DNA of 47,526 nt, taken from positions 1 through 47,526 of the forward strand of contig JAMCRV010000087.1 in the NCBI GenBank assembly GCA_023381555.1, given 5' to 3'. Positions 30,508 through 39,522 of this stretch are shown one piece after another (position 1 is the stretch's first letter; each line of letters begins with the position of its first letter). The notes beneath the pieces were generated by a model that was not told where the DNA came from, made no database searches, and worked only from the letters and a program-made list of their open reading frames with translations. A program made the translations under genes and the position numbers. The stretch is from Chloroflexota bacterium. Lineage in GTDB: Bacteria; Chloroflexota; UBA4733.

Positions 30508-31656
30508 ATGACTACGTGGACAGAGCGAATCAGAGCGGCGCTGGCAGGAGACGTAGCCAGCGCCGATGTGGCAGCCCTGTTTGGTGTCACCAAGCCTCTC
30601 GACGATCTTCACCAGCAGTTGGGAGATGCCCGGCTCTCCGCCGAGATCACGCACGGCGGCGGGAACTGGCAAGTGACGGTACAGACTGGCCCCATCGCTG
30701 CTCCTCTCTGGCTAGCCGATCAGCTGGTTGCACTCGCCCAGAGTCTGTGCGAAGCAGAGGCCGAATATCACCAGGGACAGCCTACGATGCTCAGCGCTGC
30801 GTCACACGCGCTCGCCGTAGCGGTACTCGAACCCCTCGAGACGATCATCGCGGAGGTTAGCGCTGCACTCATCGATCCACATCGCCCATCGCGATTGAAC
30901 TTGCCGTGGACTGTCGGACCGGACGGGGATATCGCCCACCTGCCGCTTCCAGTCCCTACGCCCCCGGGTTACCTCCGCGGGCTCTTGCTGGCGGTCGAGC
31001 GTATCCAAAGTGCCACCGGGATGCTCCTCACGGACGTCAAAACCCTCGGTCACGACGCTGCAACGCCCTCTTGGCTAATCGCCACCGTTCAACGCCTAGA
31101 AGGTGAGCTCGCGGCGGCTAGTGCTCGCCGCGCAATGCTAGATGCCCGGCTGAGCCCGCTCCTGTCGGGCCACAGTCCCGCTCTACCTTCTAGTGCGACT
31201 ACCTCCTCGGTTAGTCTGGATCTGTGGTCAGTTCTCAACACCGCGCTGGTGAGCGGGCAGCAACTTGCCGATCCGCGCTTACTGCCGGGTGCGCCGTCTT
31301 CGGCATTCTCATCTACGGACGGGGCGGCAGCGCGTCCAGGCACAGTCGCCGTCACAACAGTACCGCCCTCGGAGGTCGCAACTCCTCCGGCCGCGCCGCC
31401 AGGTCCACCTTCTACACCGCCGCCTCTGCGCCGCGGGTCGCCGGCGTCTCAGCCGGGGACGGAGGCACCACCCGAACAGGTCCGTGACCTGCCGGACATT
31501 CAAGCTGAGCTGGCGCCCCAGAGGAGCGCACACCGGCGACCTGACCGCGCAGAGGATGATGCGTCGCCGTTGCCAGACATCGGCGAGGGACCGATCAAGG
31601 CCAAACACGAAGAGCCCCTCGTGCGAGAGCTGCCACAGATTGGACCGGATTCGTAG
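30508..31656 (+). CDS. Hypothetical protein, helical N-terminus plus Pro-rich tail
   Basis: 382-aa ORF 23 bp after the VWA gene. The C-terminal tail carries three LP(D/Q)I repeats. Confidence 0.7.
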   Translation: MTTWTERIRAALAGDVASADVAALFGVTKPLDDLHQQLGDARLSAEITHGGGNWQVTVQTGPIAAPLWLADQLVALAQSLCEAEAEYHQGQPTMLSAASHALAVAVLEPLETIIAEVSAALIDPHRPSRLNLPWTVGPDGDIAHLPLPVPTPPGYLRGLLLAVERIQSATGMLLTDVKTLGHDAATPSWLIATVQRLEGELAAASARRAMLDARLSPLLSGHSPALPSSATTSSVSLDLWSVLNTALVSGQQLADPRLLPGAPSSAFSSTDGAAARPGTVAVTTVPPSEVATPPAAPPGPPSTPPPLRRGSPASQPGTEAPPEQVRDLPDIQAELAPQRSAHRRPDRAEDDASPLPDIGEGPIKAKHEEPLVRELPQIGPDS

Positions 31657-31774
31657 CGTTCCTGCTGTTACTGCCACCCTGTACCAGGCGACTGAGAGAC
31701 GTGTGGCTGGGACTGAGCAGGAGACGGCGGGAACGGCTAGCGTAAGGACCTGAGCAGCGAAACCACCGAACCCG

Positions 31775-32746
31775 TCAGCTCCAACGGCTCTGTTCAGGAT
31801 CTGAGTAGTCCGGTTCGGCTACCGCTTCCACGGCCTGCCAGAGGTCATCCGGGACATCAGTCGAAGCGAGCTCCACCGTCTGCTGGAGACGCTCTGGCTT
31901 CGAAATGCCCACTATGGTCGAGTGAATGCGCGGGTCCCGCAGAGAGAGCTGGAGGGCTATGGCTGCCAGCGGCACTCCAGCATCGGCGCAGAGAGCCTCA
32001 ATATTCTCGACGCGCCGTATCACCGACTGTGTGGCGTGCCGGTAGGCATACCGCGGGTAGGCTTTGGAGCCTTTGGCCAGAATGCCACTGCCATAGGGAG
32101 CGGCGTTGAGCACACCCAAACCGAGCGCAAAGGATTCAGTGAGCAACTCATCAGCGCTTCGATTGAGCAAGGTGAAGCGATTGTGCGTGATGACAGCATC
32201 GAACGCCCCAGTGCGGACATACCGCAGCATGAGATCTGCCGGTCCGCCGGCAACACCGAGGGCCCCAACGATGCCTTCGTCACGCATCTTGGTCAGCGCC
32301 TCCACTGCGCCCCCTGGCGCCATGATCTCTTCGAACGGTGCGTGCTCCGGATCGTGAAGATGTAGCAGGGGAAGGTAATCGAGGCCAAGGAGACGAAGAC
32401 TGCGCTCGACGCTCCTCCGCATCTGCTCACCACTGAACTCACCAGTCCGCAGGTTGCGGTCTGCTTTGGTCGCCAGGAGGAATCCGTCCGGTACCTTTCC
32501 AAGCTCCCTGAGGACCAGGCCAATACGCCGCTCACTCTCTCCATCACCATAGGAAGCGGCAGTGTCCACGCAGTGAATGGGTCCTGCGAAAATCGCCCGG
32601 ATCGTCTCCAGGGCCTGAGCTTCAGTCACAGCGTAGTCGAAAGTCTCAGGCATATTGCCGAGCTCGGCACAGCCGATCGTGAGAGCATCAATCATAAGTC
32701 CCGTCTTGCCGAGCACTCGTTGCGGAGCCGGCCAAGAAGTCACCAC
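31775..32746 (-). CDS. Aldo/keto reductase (D-threo-aldose 1-dehydrogenase-like)
   Basis: LGKTG, DTAASYGDGESE, ATK, SLRLLGLDY..L.HLHDP, GIVGALGV. Confidence 0.9.
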   Translation of the reverse strand: MVTSWPAPQRVLGKTGLMIDALTIGCAELGNMPETFDYAVTEAQALETIRAIFAGPIHCVDTAASYGDGESERRIGLVLRELGKVPDGFLLATKADRNLRTGEFSGEQMRRSVERSLRLLGLDYLPLLHLHDPEHAPFEEIMAPGGAVEALTKMRDEGIVGALGVAGGPADLMLRYVRTGAFDAVITHNRFTLLNRSADELLTESFALGLGVLNAAPYGSGILAKGSKAYPRYAYRHATQSVIRRVENIEALCADAGVPLAAIALQLSLRDPRIHSTIVGISKPERLQQTVELASTDVPDDLWQAVEAVAEPDYSDPEQSRWS

Positions 32747-33309
32747 GTGCCAGGTCCTTTACACTCATGAGCACAAAACTGACCCAGAATAGATCGTAGC
32801 GTAGCGCTCCGCCGCTCACCTGACAACAGTTCCCTGGGCTGGGCTCCGCGCATCAGCAGCAGTGTCAAGAAGGACGAGCGCCCCGCCCGTTCCACTCCGG
32901 CTCATACCCCACTACTGATACTGACTGCCCCTACCGCAGCCTGGAGATGAAGCAATGATCGTGCTGCTCCCTGACGGTGAGGCAGACGCACGGCGTCGCG
33001 AAGGCCTATGGAGAGCGCCTCCCACTAAGGGACGTCGCTGACATAGCCAGTCACTCTAGACCCGAGGCTGCTCGGGAATCGTGAGCGGCGTACATGGCGT
33101 ACATTATGATGGCAGTTGATGCTGATCGAGAGCGCGGGCCGGACCATCCTCATTTCTTCGGTGCACACAGCCGGCCTGCTGTCGCGGATCGAAGCCGGCA
33201 CGTATGATTGGTGAAGGCATGAGTGCTGAGGCAAGAGGCAGCCTAATCACGATGACCAGCGTTTGTACGTTCTGTTTCCGTAGATCAGCTGTACTGGTAG
33301 GCAACGGCG

Positions 33310-33615
33310 ATGGGATTCTATGATCAACTCCCGTGCCGAAGAGACCTCCGATCGCGCCTTGCTGCCGGCTGGCGCCATCGCACCTGCCCACTACCGATGT
33401 GTGTGCGATCACGGCCGCACCAGACGGTCAGAAGACGGAAACTTTATAGCTGCACTGGGTCACGCCCACTGATCAGCGAAGTCGCTCCAATCCTGAAGCC
33501 GCGGCCGCGTGCCTCCTTGGCGCCGCAGGTGACGGTGATCCTGCGCATCGTGTTGGTACTTACCTTGCTCGCCTACGTGGTTCTCATGGGCCCCATTGCG
33601 TTCATTGGCCGTTGA
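33310..33615 (+). CDS. Possible small membrane protein (only the C-terminal ~50 aa look coding; start uncertain)
   Basis: The C-terminal VTVILRIVLVLTLLAYVVLMGPIAFIGR is a clean TM helix preceded by a basic stretch. No clear RBS. Confidence 0.35.
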   Translation: MGFYDQLPCRRDLRSRLAAGWRHRTCPLPMCVRSRPHQTVRRRKLYSCTGSRPLISEVAPILKPRPRASLAPQVTVILRIVLVLTLLAYVVLMGPIAFIGR

Positions 33616-33630
33616 AGCTGCGCTCAGATC

Positions 33631-34440
33631 CTAGCTCGACCCCCGGCGAGAGCGGCCAGTCCGGGAACGCTGCGCTTCCGGAGAGACGGGCACCACGTTG
33701 TGGCGTCCAATCTCGGCGAGAGGACTCCGGCTCTGCCCATCACCGTCTTGCTCATTCCGACGGGCATTCGGATACTTTGCCAGTAGTCCGTCAAGCACGC
33801 GCGTCACCCACATGGCACCAACGAGGCCAGAAAACGCAATGAGGGGGAGCAGGAGAAGCACACTGATAGCCTCTACAATGACCCCCACGAAGAGGAGAGA
33901 GAGGGAAGTCCCCAAATTATCGAAGACGAGCAAGAAGCTATTACGCACAGTATTTCTCAGCCGGCGATCAGTCTGAAAGACGAGTAAGCCAAACGCGAAC
34001 GGCTGAACGAGGAAGAAGAACAACAGCAGATACAGCCAGATGATATCAATGAGCTTCACGAACCCGGTGCCGTGCGTACCATAGAACCAGATGTTCACGA
34101 TAACGAGCGCACCCACGACCACATCCACTAGAGCAAGCTGCCAGGACCGCCAGAAGAACTGCCGGAAACCCGTGAAAAAGTCGCGAATAGCGATGTTCTC
34201 GCCATCTTCGTAGCGACGAGCAACGTAGAAGAGTGCGGCAACACTCGGCGGCGCCGCGATGCAGAGCACAAACGCGAACAGCAGCGAGAGAAGGAACGGC
34301 GTCCGCAGAAACGTCGCGATTCCGAACGCCGGCAGTACGACGCCTCCCACGAACCACAGAAGATTGATTGCGGTCCAGGTGATTATCTCATAGTAGTACG
34401 CTCCCAGAGTGCCCCACAATGAGCTCACAACTCGCCACAT
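33631..34440 (-). CDS. YesL / DUF624 family membrane protein
   Basis: INLLW, PP..AALFY, FF.GFRQ.FWRS, R..VRNS.LL, with GGAG RBS and 5-6 TMs. Confidence 0.7.
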   Translation of the reverse strand: MWRVVSSLWGTLGAYYYEIITWTAINLLWFVGGVVLPAFGIATFLRTPFLLSLLFAFVLCIAAPPSVAALFYVARRYEDGENIAIRDFFTGFRQFFWRSWQLALVDVVVGALVIVNIWFYGTHGTGFVKLIDIIWLYLLLFFFLVQPFAFGLLVFQTDRRLRNTVRNSFLLVFDNLGTSLSLLFVGVIVEAISVLLLLPLIAFSGLVGAMWVTRVLDGLLAKYPNARRNEQDGDGQSRSPLAEIGRHNVVPVSPEAQRSRTGRSRRGSS

Positions 34441-34495
34441 TGTGCCAACTCCTCCGTGAGTCTCACTTTATTTTCCCGTGCTACCATTTGCCGCG

Positions 34496-35629
34496 ATGAC
34501 TGACCAATCTTCGCCTTTACGCACAGAGCCCACTACCGCTGATGATACAGCGTATTGGGTAGCACTCTCTCAGGTCCCTGGTCTCGGTCCGGTGAAGTTT
34601 AACCGGCTTCTCACCTATTTTGGCTCAACCGTAGCGGCGTGGGAAGCCCCGCCTCGCCAGTTGCTCGATGCCGGACTGGATACGCGCACTGTTCGAGCTC
34701 TCGAGGAGCGCCGCTTGCGACAAGCGCCCGATCGTGATCTACAGACAATCGTCGGCCGCGGAGTTATAGTACTCACTCTCGCGGATGAGCGCTATCCGCG
34801 ATTACTCCGCGAAATCACTGCTCCTCCACCGGTGTTGTACGTGAAGGGCTCCCTGGAAGCTAGCGATGAGCAGGCCATTGCAGTGGTCGGTACCCGTACC
34901 TGCACCCCCTACGGCAAGATGGTGACTGAGCAGCTTGTGCGCGCTCTTGTCGGTGCCGGCTACGTCATCGTCTCAGGGCTGGCGCGCGGTGTGGACAGTC
35001 ACGCCCACCGCACGGCCCTCACTGAGCACGGACGGACGATGGCTGTCCTCGGCAGCGGGGTCAACGTCATCTACCCCAGTGAACACCGTCAGCTTGCTGA
35101 GCAGGTGAGCCGCTCAGGAGCACTGATCTCAGAATACCCTCCCTTCGCCAAGCCGGAGCGAGACAATTTCCCGGCACGTAACCGCATCATCGCGGGAGTG
35201 TCCTTGGGGGCGCTCGTGGTCGAAGCAGGCGAGGTAAGCGGAGCACTGATCACGGCGCGCATGGCGCTGGAACAGAATCGAGAGGTCTTTGCAGTTCCGG
35301 GGAGCATCACCAGCCCAGCGAGCGACGGTACCAATGGGCTCATCAAGCGTGGCGAGGCCAAGCTCGTCTCCAGAGTGGAAGATATCCTGGAGGAACTCGA
35401 GCCGGCTACCGCGCAACGAGTCGTCCAGCACGCGCTCACAGAAGTGCTTCCTGAAAATGAACTCGAAGCCACTCTCCTGCGGCTGCTTGCCGCTGAGGCA
35501 CTCCACGTCGACGAGCTGAGCCGGTCGGCAGAGCTTCCCGTAGCCACAGTGTCGGGCACGCTGACGGTACTGGAGTTGAAAGGACTCGTCCACCATTTGG
35601 GCGGCATGGTCTACTGCCGCAGCCGCTAG
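34496..35629 (+). CDS. dprA: DNA-protecting protein DprA
   Basis: YP.LLREI..PPPVLYVKG, AVVGTR, IVSGLARGVD, FPARNRII, SGALITA, VFAVPG, LELKG. Confidence 0.96.
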   Translation: MTDQSSPLRTEPTTADDTAYWVALSQVPGLGPVKFNRLLTYFGSTVAAWEAPPRQLLDAGLDTRTVRALEERRLRQAPDRDLQTIVGRGVIVLTLADERYPRLLREITAPPPVLYVKGSLEASDEQAIAVVGTRTCTPYGKMVTEQLVRALVGAGYVIVSGLARGVDSHAHRTALTEHGRTMAVLGSGVNVIYPSEHRQLAEQVSRSGALISEYPPFAKPERDNFPARNRIIAGVSLGALVVEAGEVSGALITARMALEQNREVFAVPGSITSPASDGTNGLIKRGEAKLVSRVEDILEELEPATAQRVVQHALTEVLPENELEATLLRLLAAEALHVDELSRSAELPVATVSGTLTVLELKGLVHHLGGMVYCRSR

Positions 35630-36315
35630 CTGCGGTTGAGGGCAAGCCCGGTCGGGCACAGCTTCAATAGAGGACAGCTGTGGCAGAGCGGCTTGCGCGC
35701 CTGGCAGATCGCTCTTCCGTGTGCAATCAGCGCGTGGTTGACGAATCCCCATTCACCACGAGGAAAGATCGCCACGAGGTCGCGCTCGATCTTATTTGGG
35801 TCACTCTCTGGAGTAAGACCAAGCCGCTGAGCAAGCCGGGCAACGTGCGTATCGACTGCGATCCCTTCGAAAACACCAAAGGCATTGGAGAGCACGACGT
35901 TTGCGGTCTTGCGCGCGACACCAGGTATGGTCAACAGTTCTGGCATCGTGGCGGGAACGTTACCTCCAAATTCAGCGGCGATCTTGCGGGCAGCAGCGAC
36001 GACGTTCTTTGCCTTATTGTGAAAGAATCCCGTCGACCGGATTATCTGCTCGACCTCGCCGAGGTCTGCGGTTGCCATGAGCGCCGGCGTAGGAAACCGA
36101 GCGAAGAGCGCCGGCGTAACCAGGTTGACGCGCTCGTCGGTGCATTGTGCTGAGAGCACGGTAGCTACGAGGAGCTGAAAAGAGGTCTTGAAGTCAAGCG
36201 AGCATCGGGCATCGGGGTAGGTGCGGTGTAGCAGCTCAAGGATCTTGGGCACCCTGACCTGACCTGGCTCTGCCGAGCTTCGAGATTCACCAGCAGACGG
36301 GTTTGCGTCTAGCAT
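35626..36315 (-). CDS. nth: Endonuclease III
   Basis: LLVATVLSAQCTDERVN, HhH PGVARKTANVV, VDTHV, and the 4Fe-4S motif C-x6-C-x2-C-x5-C. Start reassigned to ATG 36315 after GGAGGGAG. Confidence 0.95.
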   Translation of the reverse strand: MLDANPSAGESRSSAEPGQVRVPKILELLHRTYPDARCSLDFKTSFQLLVATVLSAQCTDERVNLVTPALFARFPTPALMATADLGEVEQIIRSTGFFHNKAKNVVAAARKIAAEFGGNVPATMPELLTIPGVARKTANVVLSNAFGVFEGIAVDTHVARLAQRLGLTPESDPNKIERDLVAIFPRGEWGFVNHALIAHGRAICQARKPLCHSCPLLKLCPTGLALNRS

Positions 36316-36481
36316 CCCAGCTCCCTCCAAGTCGCATCTCCACACAGACCCCGCCGCCTCGTCCGCACGCGAACCTCGCACGGTAATCGCGTTTGACCAA
36401 GATGCGCGACAAGCCCCGCCGTTCAGGGCGGGGAAGGATAGCGCGGCGGGACAGAGGCTCGATGCCCCTGTCCCGCCTAGT

Positions 36482-36892
36482 CTATGGTGTTTTTTGCTGT
36501 TCAATGTACTGCCGCACGATGCTGATCGGCGCGCCGCCGCAGGATGCGGCGAAGTAGGAAGGGGACCAGAGGACACCTTTCCAGTACCGGCGCTGAATAT
36601 CGGGGCACTCCTTCCGTAGCAAGCGGCTGGATACGCCTTTTCGGCTGTTTACCAGCGCCGAAACCGCTACCTTGGGCGGGTACTCCACTAGCAGATGCAC
36701 GTGGTCATCTTTGCCGTCCATCTCCACCAGGTGCGCATCGAAGTCGAGGCAGACCTTTGCGAAGATGCGCCGCAGCCGTTCAATCGCGTCGCCGTCAAAC
36801 ACCTTGCGGCGATACTTGGTCACAAAGACCAAATGGACGTGAATCTTGAAAACGCAGTGCCGTCCGTGCCTAACGTCGTTGTCATTGTCCAT
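36482..36892 (-). CDS. tnpA: IS200/IS605 HUH (Y1) transposase TnpA
   Basis: HVHLVFVTKYRR, DHVHLL (HUH), KGVSSR, LWSPSYF, YIEQQ (catalytic Tyr). Confidence 0.95.
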   Translation of the reverse strand: MDNDNDVRHGRHCVFKIHVHLVFVTKYRRKVFDGDAIERLRRIFAKVCLDFDAHLVEMDGKDDHVHLLVEYPPKVAVSALVNSRKGVSSRLLRKECPDIQRRYWKGVLWSPSYFAASCGGAPISIVRQYIEQQKTP

Positions 36893-36913
36893 AGGCTAAA
36901 TATAATTAAAGAT

Positions 36914-38188
36914 ATGAAACGCCTGCAAGCCTTCAAATACGAACTCATACCGACCGGCGAACAGCGGCGGCGGATGAGCCGCTTCGCGGGATCATGCCGC
37001 TTCGTGTTCAACAAGGCGCTGGCGTTGCAGAAGGCGCGCTATGAGCAAGGCGAGAAAAAGCTCGGCTATGCCGGGTTGTGCAAGCTGCTTACCGAATGGC
37101 GTCATAGCCCGGAAACGGCGTGGCTGGCAAATGCCCCTACACATCCCTTACAGCAGTCGCTCAAGGACCTGGAAAGGGCTTATGCCAATTTCTTCGCCCA
37201 GCGAACCGGCTTCCCGTGCTTCAAGAAGAAAGGCTGGGGCGACAGCTTCCGCTACCCCGACCCGAAACAGATCAAGCTTGATCAGGGCAACAGTCGTATC
37301 TTCCTGCCCAAGCTCGGCTGGCTGCGCTACCGCAACAGCCGGGAGATGCTCGGTACGGTGAAGCAAGTCACCGTACCGGCCAGCGGCGGCAAATGGTTCG
37401 TGTCGATTCAGACCGAGCGCGAGGTCGAGCAGCCTATCCCACAGGGTGGCGCAGTCGGCATCGACATGGGCATCGCCCGCTTCGCCACGCTCTCGGATGG
37501 CATGTTCTACGCGCCGCTCAACAGCTTCAAGCGGCACGAGGGCGCCTTGCGCAAAGCACAACAGGCGATGAGCCGCAAGGTGAAGTTCAGCAACAACTGG
37601 AAGAAGGCAAAAGCCCGCGTCCAGAAAATTCATTCCCGTATCGGCGATACCCGCCGCGACTACCTGCACAAGTGCTCAACCGCGATCAGCCAAAACCACG
37701 CGATGGTGTGTATTGAGGACTTGCAGGTGAGGAACATGTCCAAGTCGGCGGTAGGCACGCTCGAACAACCGGGAAAGCAGGTTCGGGCCAAGTCCGGCCT
37801 GAACCAATCCATCCTCGATCAAGGCTGGTTCGAGTTCCGTCGCCAGCTGGACTACAAGCTGGCGTGGCACGGCGGTCATCTCATCGCCGTGCCGCCGCAG
37901 AACACGAGCCGCACTTGCCCATGCTGCGGCCACGTGTCGGCGGACAACCGCCGCACGCAGGAACGGTTTGCATGCGTCGAATGCGGCTTCGAGGAAAACG
38001 CCGATGTTGTCGGCGCGATCAACATCCTTTCTCGCGGGATGCAAAAGCTGCGAGACGAAAGGCAGGACACGAGCGATGCTTCACTCGGGTGCGCAAGCAC
38101 AGCCCGGATCGCCTGTGAAGTGAGCGGTGCGGTAAGGCCGCCAGCAGCAGGAACCCGCCGAAGCGGCTCAATCAGGCTCAATGCCTGA
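36914..38188 (+). CDS. tnpB: RNA-guided endonuclease TnpB
   Basis: HTH N-terminus AFKYEL.P, RuvC-I GIDMG, RuvC-II IEDL, zinc finger CPCC...CVEC, RuvC-III NADVVGAINI. True start is ATG 36914, just after TATAAT. Confidence 0.95.
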   Translation: MKRLQAFKYELIPTGEQRRRMSRFAGSCRFVFNKALALQKARYEQGEKKLGYAGLCKLLTEWRHSPETAWLANAPTHPLQQSLKDLERAYANFFAQRTGFPCFKKKGWGDSFRYPDPKQIKLDQGNSRIFLPKLGWLRYRNSREMLGTVKQVTVPASGGKWFVSIQTEREVEQPIPQGGAVGIDMGIARFATLSDGMFYAPLNSFKRHEGALRKAQQAMSRKVKFSNNWKKAKARVQKIHSRIGDTRRDYLHKCSTAISQNHAMVCIEDLQVRNMSKSAVGTLEQPGKQVRAKSGLNQSILDQGWFEFRRQLDYKLAWHGGHLIAVPPQNTSRTCPCCGHVSADNRRTQERFACVECGFEENADVVGAINILSRGMQKLRDERQDTSDASLGCASTARIACEVSGAVRPPAAGTRRSGSIRLNA

Positions 38189-38301
38189 TTGAGCCGCCGC
38201 AGGAATCTCCGGCCTTCAGGCCGGGGAGGATGTCAATGTACCCTACGTCCAGGAGAGGCGAGGAGTTCGCCGGGAGCGATCAGCCGGGGATGTGTTCTGC
38301 C

Positions 38302-39522
38302 ATGGACAAGGCTCTAAACATTATCGGCGTCATGTCTGGCACGTCAGTTGATGCAGTCGATGCCGTATCGGCACTCGTGCGCGGATCAAGAGAGACTCTC
38401 AGCGTTGAGGAGTTGGGAAGCGCTTCTGTACCATACCCTGCCCTGCTCCGTACGCGCGTGCTCCAAGCTTGCGATCCTCGCCAGAGCGTATCATCCCAGC
38501 TCATTTGCGAGCTCAATGTCGAAGTGGCCGAGCTCCACGCACGAGCCGTCCAGGAGTTGCTGCACAGCACGTCAAGTGAGCAGAGCGCAATCGACGCCGT
38601 GTGTACCCACGGCCAGACCATCTGGCACCAGGGCAAGCCCTCTCCCGGCCATCCTGCGAGCACGTTACAAATCGGGGAGCCGGGTGTCATCGCGGAGCGG
38701 ACCGGCATCACAACCGTGGCAAACTTCCGCCCCAGGGACATCGCCGCAGGAGGACAGGGTGCTCCGCTGGTGAGCTACGTCGATTGGGCGCTCTATCGCA
38801 GTTCGACGCAGCATCGCGCGCTTCAAAATCTTGGTGGCATCGGCAACGTGACGGTTCTTCCGGCGAATTGCTCGCCGGATCAGGTGTTCGCCTTCGATAC
38901 TGGGCCGGCGAATGTGCTGATCGACTCCATCGTGCGCATCGCGACAAAGGATACGCAGGCGTTCGACGTCGATGGGCAGATGGCACAGCGGGGCACTATT
39001 GATCCTGAACTACTGGAGAGCATACTGTCGCATCCCTTTCTCCACACCCCTCCTCCCAAGACAACCGGTAGGGAAGACTTCGGCATGCACTACGCCGAGG
39101 CAGTGTGGCAATTAGGGGAAGGACGAGCACTCCCGGCAGAAGACATCATTGCCACGTGTACGGCGGCTACGGCGCATTCCATTCGCAACGCATATGTCGA
39201 TTTCGTCCTCCCCCGTGTGCCAGTGACAGAGTGCTATGTGAGTGGAGGAGGGTTACGCAATCCCACACTGGTTGATCAGCTGCGAACACTGCTCGCACCA
39301 GTGCGAGTGCTACCCATCGAGGTCCTCGGTATCGATGGGCAGCATAAAGAAGCGCTCGCCTTCGCGGTGCTCGGCGCGGAGACACTTCGCGGTGTGCCGA
39401 GCTCAATTCCTGGTGCAACAGGCGCCGCTCATTCCTCAGTCCTCGGAGTCATCTGTCCTGGCCGGAACTTTCCGGCGCTGATGGCACGCCTCTACACGGG
39501 GATGACCGTCGATGTCTCCTGA
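38302..39522 (+). CDS. anmK: Anhydro-N-acetylmuramic acid kinase
   Basis: IGVMSGTSVDAVD, HGQTIWH, TLQIG, DIAAGGQGAPLV, NLGGIGN, FDTGPAN, PPKTTGRE, KEALAFA. Confidence 0.93.
   Translation: MDKALNIIGVMSGTSVDAVDAVSALVRGSRETLSVEELGSASVPYPALLRTRVLQACDPRQSVSSQLICELNVEVAELHARAVQELLHSTSSEQSAIDAVCTHGQTIWHQGKPSPGHPASTLQIGEPGVIAERTGITTVANFRPRDIAAGGQGAPLVSYVDWALYRSSTQHRALQNLGGIGNVTVLPANCSPDQVFAFDTGPANVLIDSIVRIATKDTQAFDVDGQMAQRGTIDPELLESILSHPFLHTPPPKTTGREDFGMHYAEAVWQLGEGRALPAEDIIATCTAATAHSIRNAYVDFVLPRVPVTECYVSGGGLRNPTLVDQLRTLLAPVRVLPIEVLGIDGQHKEALAFAVLGAETLRGVPSSIPGATGAAHSSVLGVICPGRNFPALMARLYTGMTVDVS

Larger units (their letters stand above)
36398..38236 (+). mobile_element. IS200/IS605 family element (IS605-type, divergent tnpA/tnpB)
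   Basis: Left-end hairpin CCCCGCC-GTTCAG-GGCGGGG preceded by CAAG, inserted after TTGAC (36393-36397). Right-end GAAT + CTCCGGCC-TTCA-GGCCGGGG hairpin ending in TCAA (38236). No target-site duplication, as expected for this family. Confidence 0.88.

Noticed and set aside
32750-33460. ~700-bp gene-poor interval with several short ORFs
   Set aside because: No convincing RBS, motif, repeat or stable RNA structure could be supported by eye.
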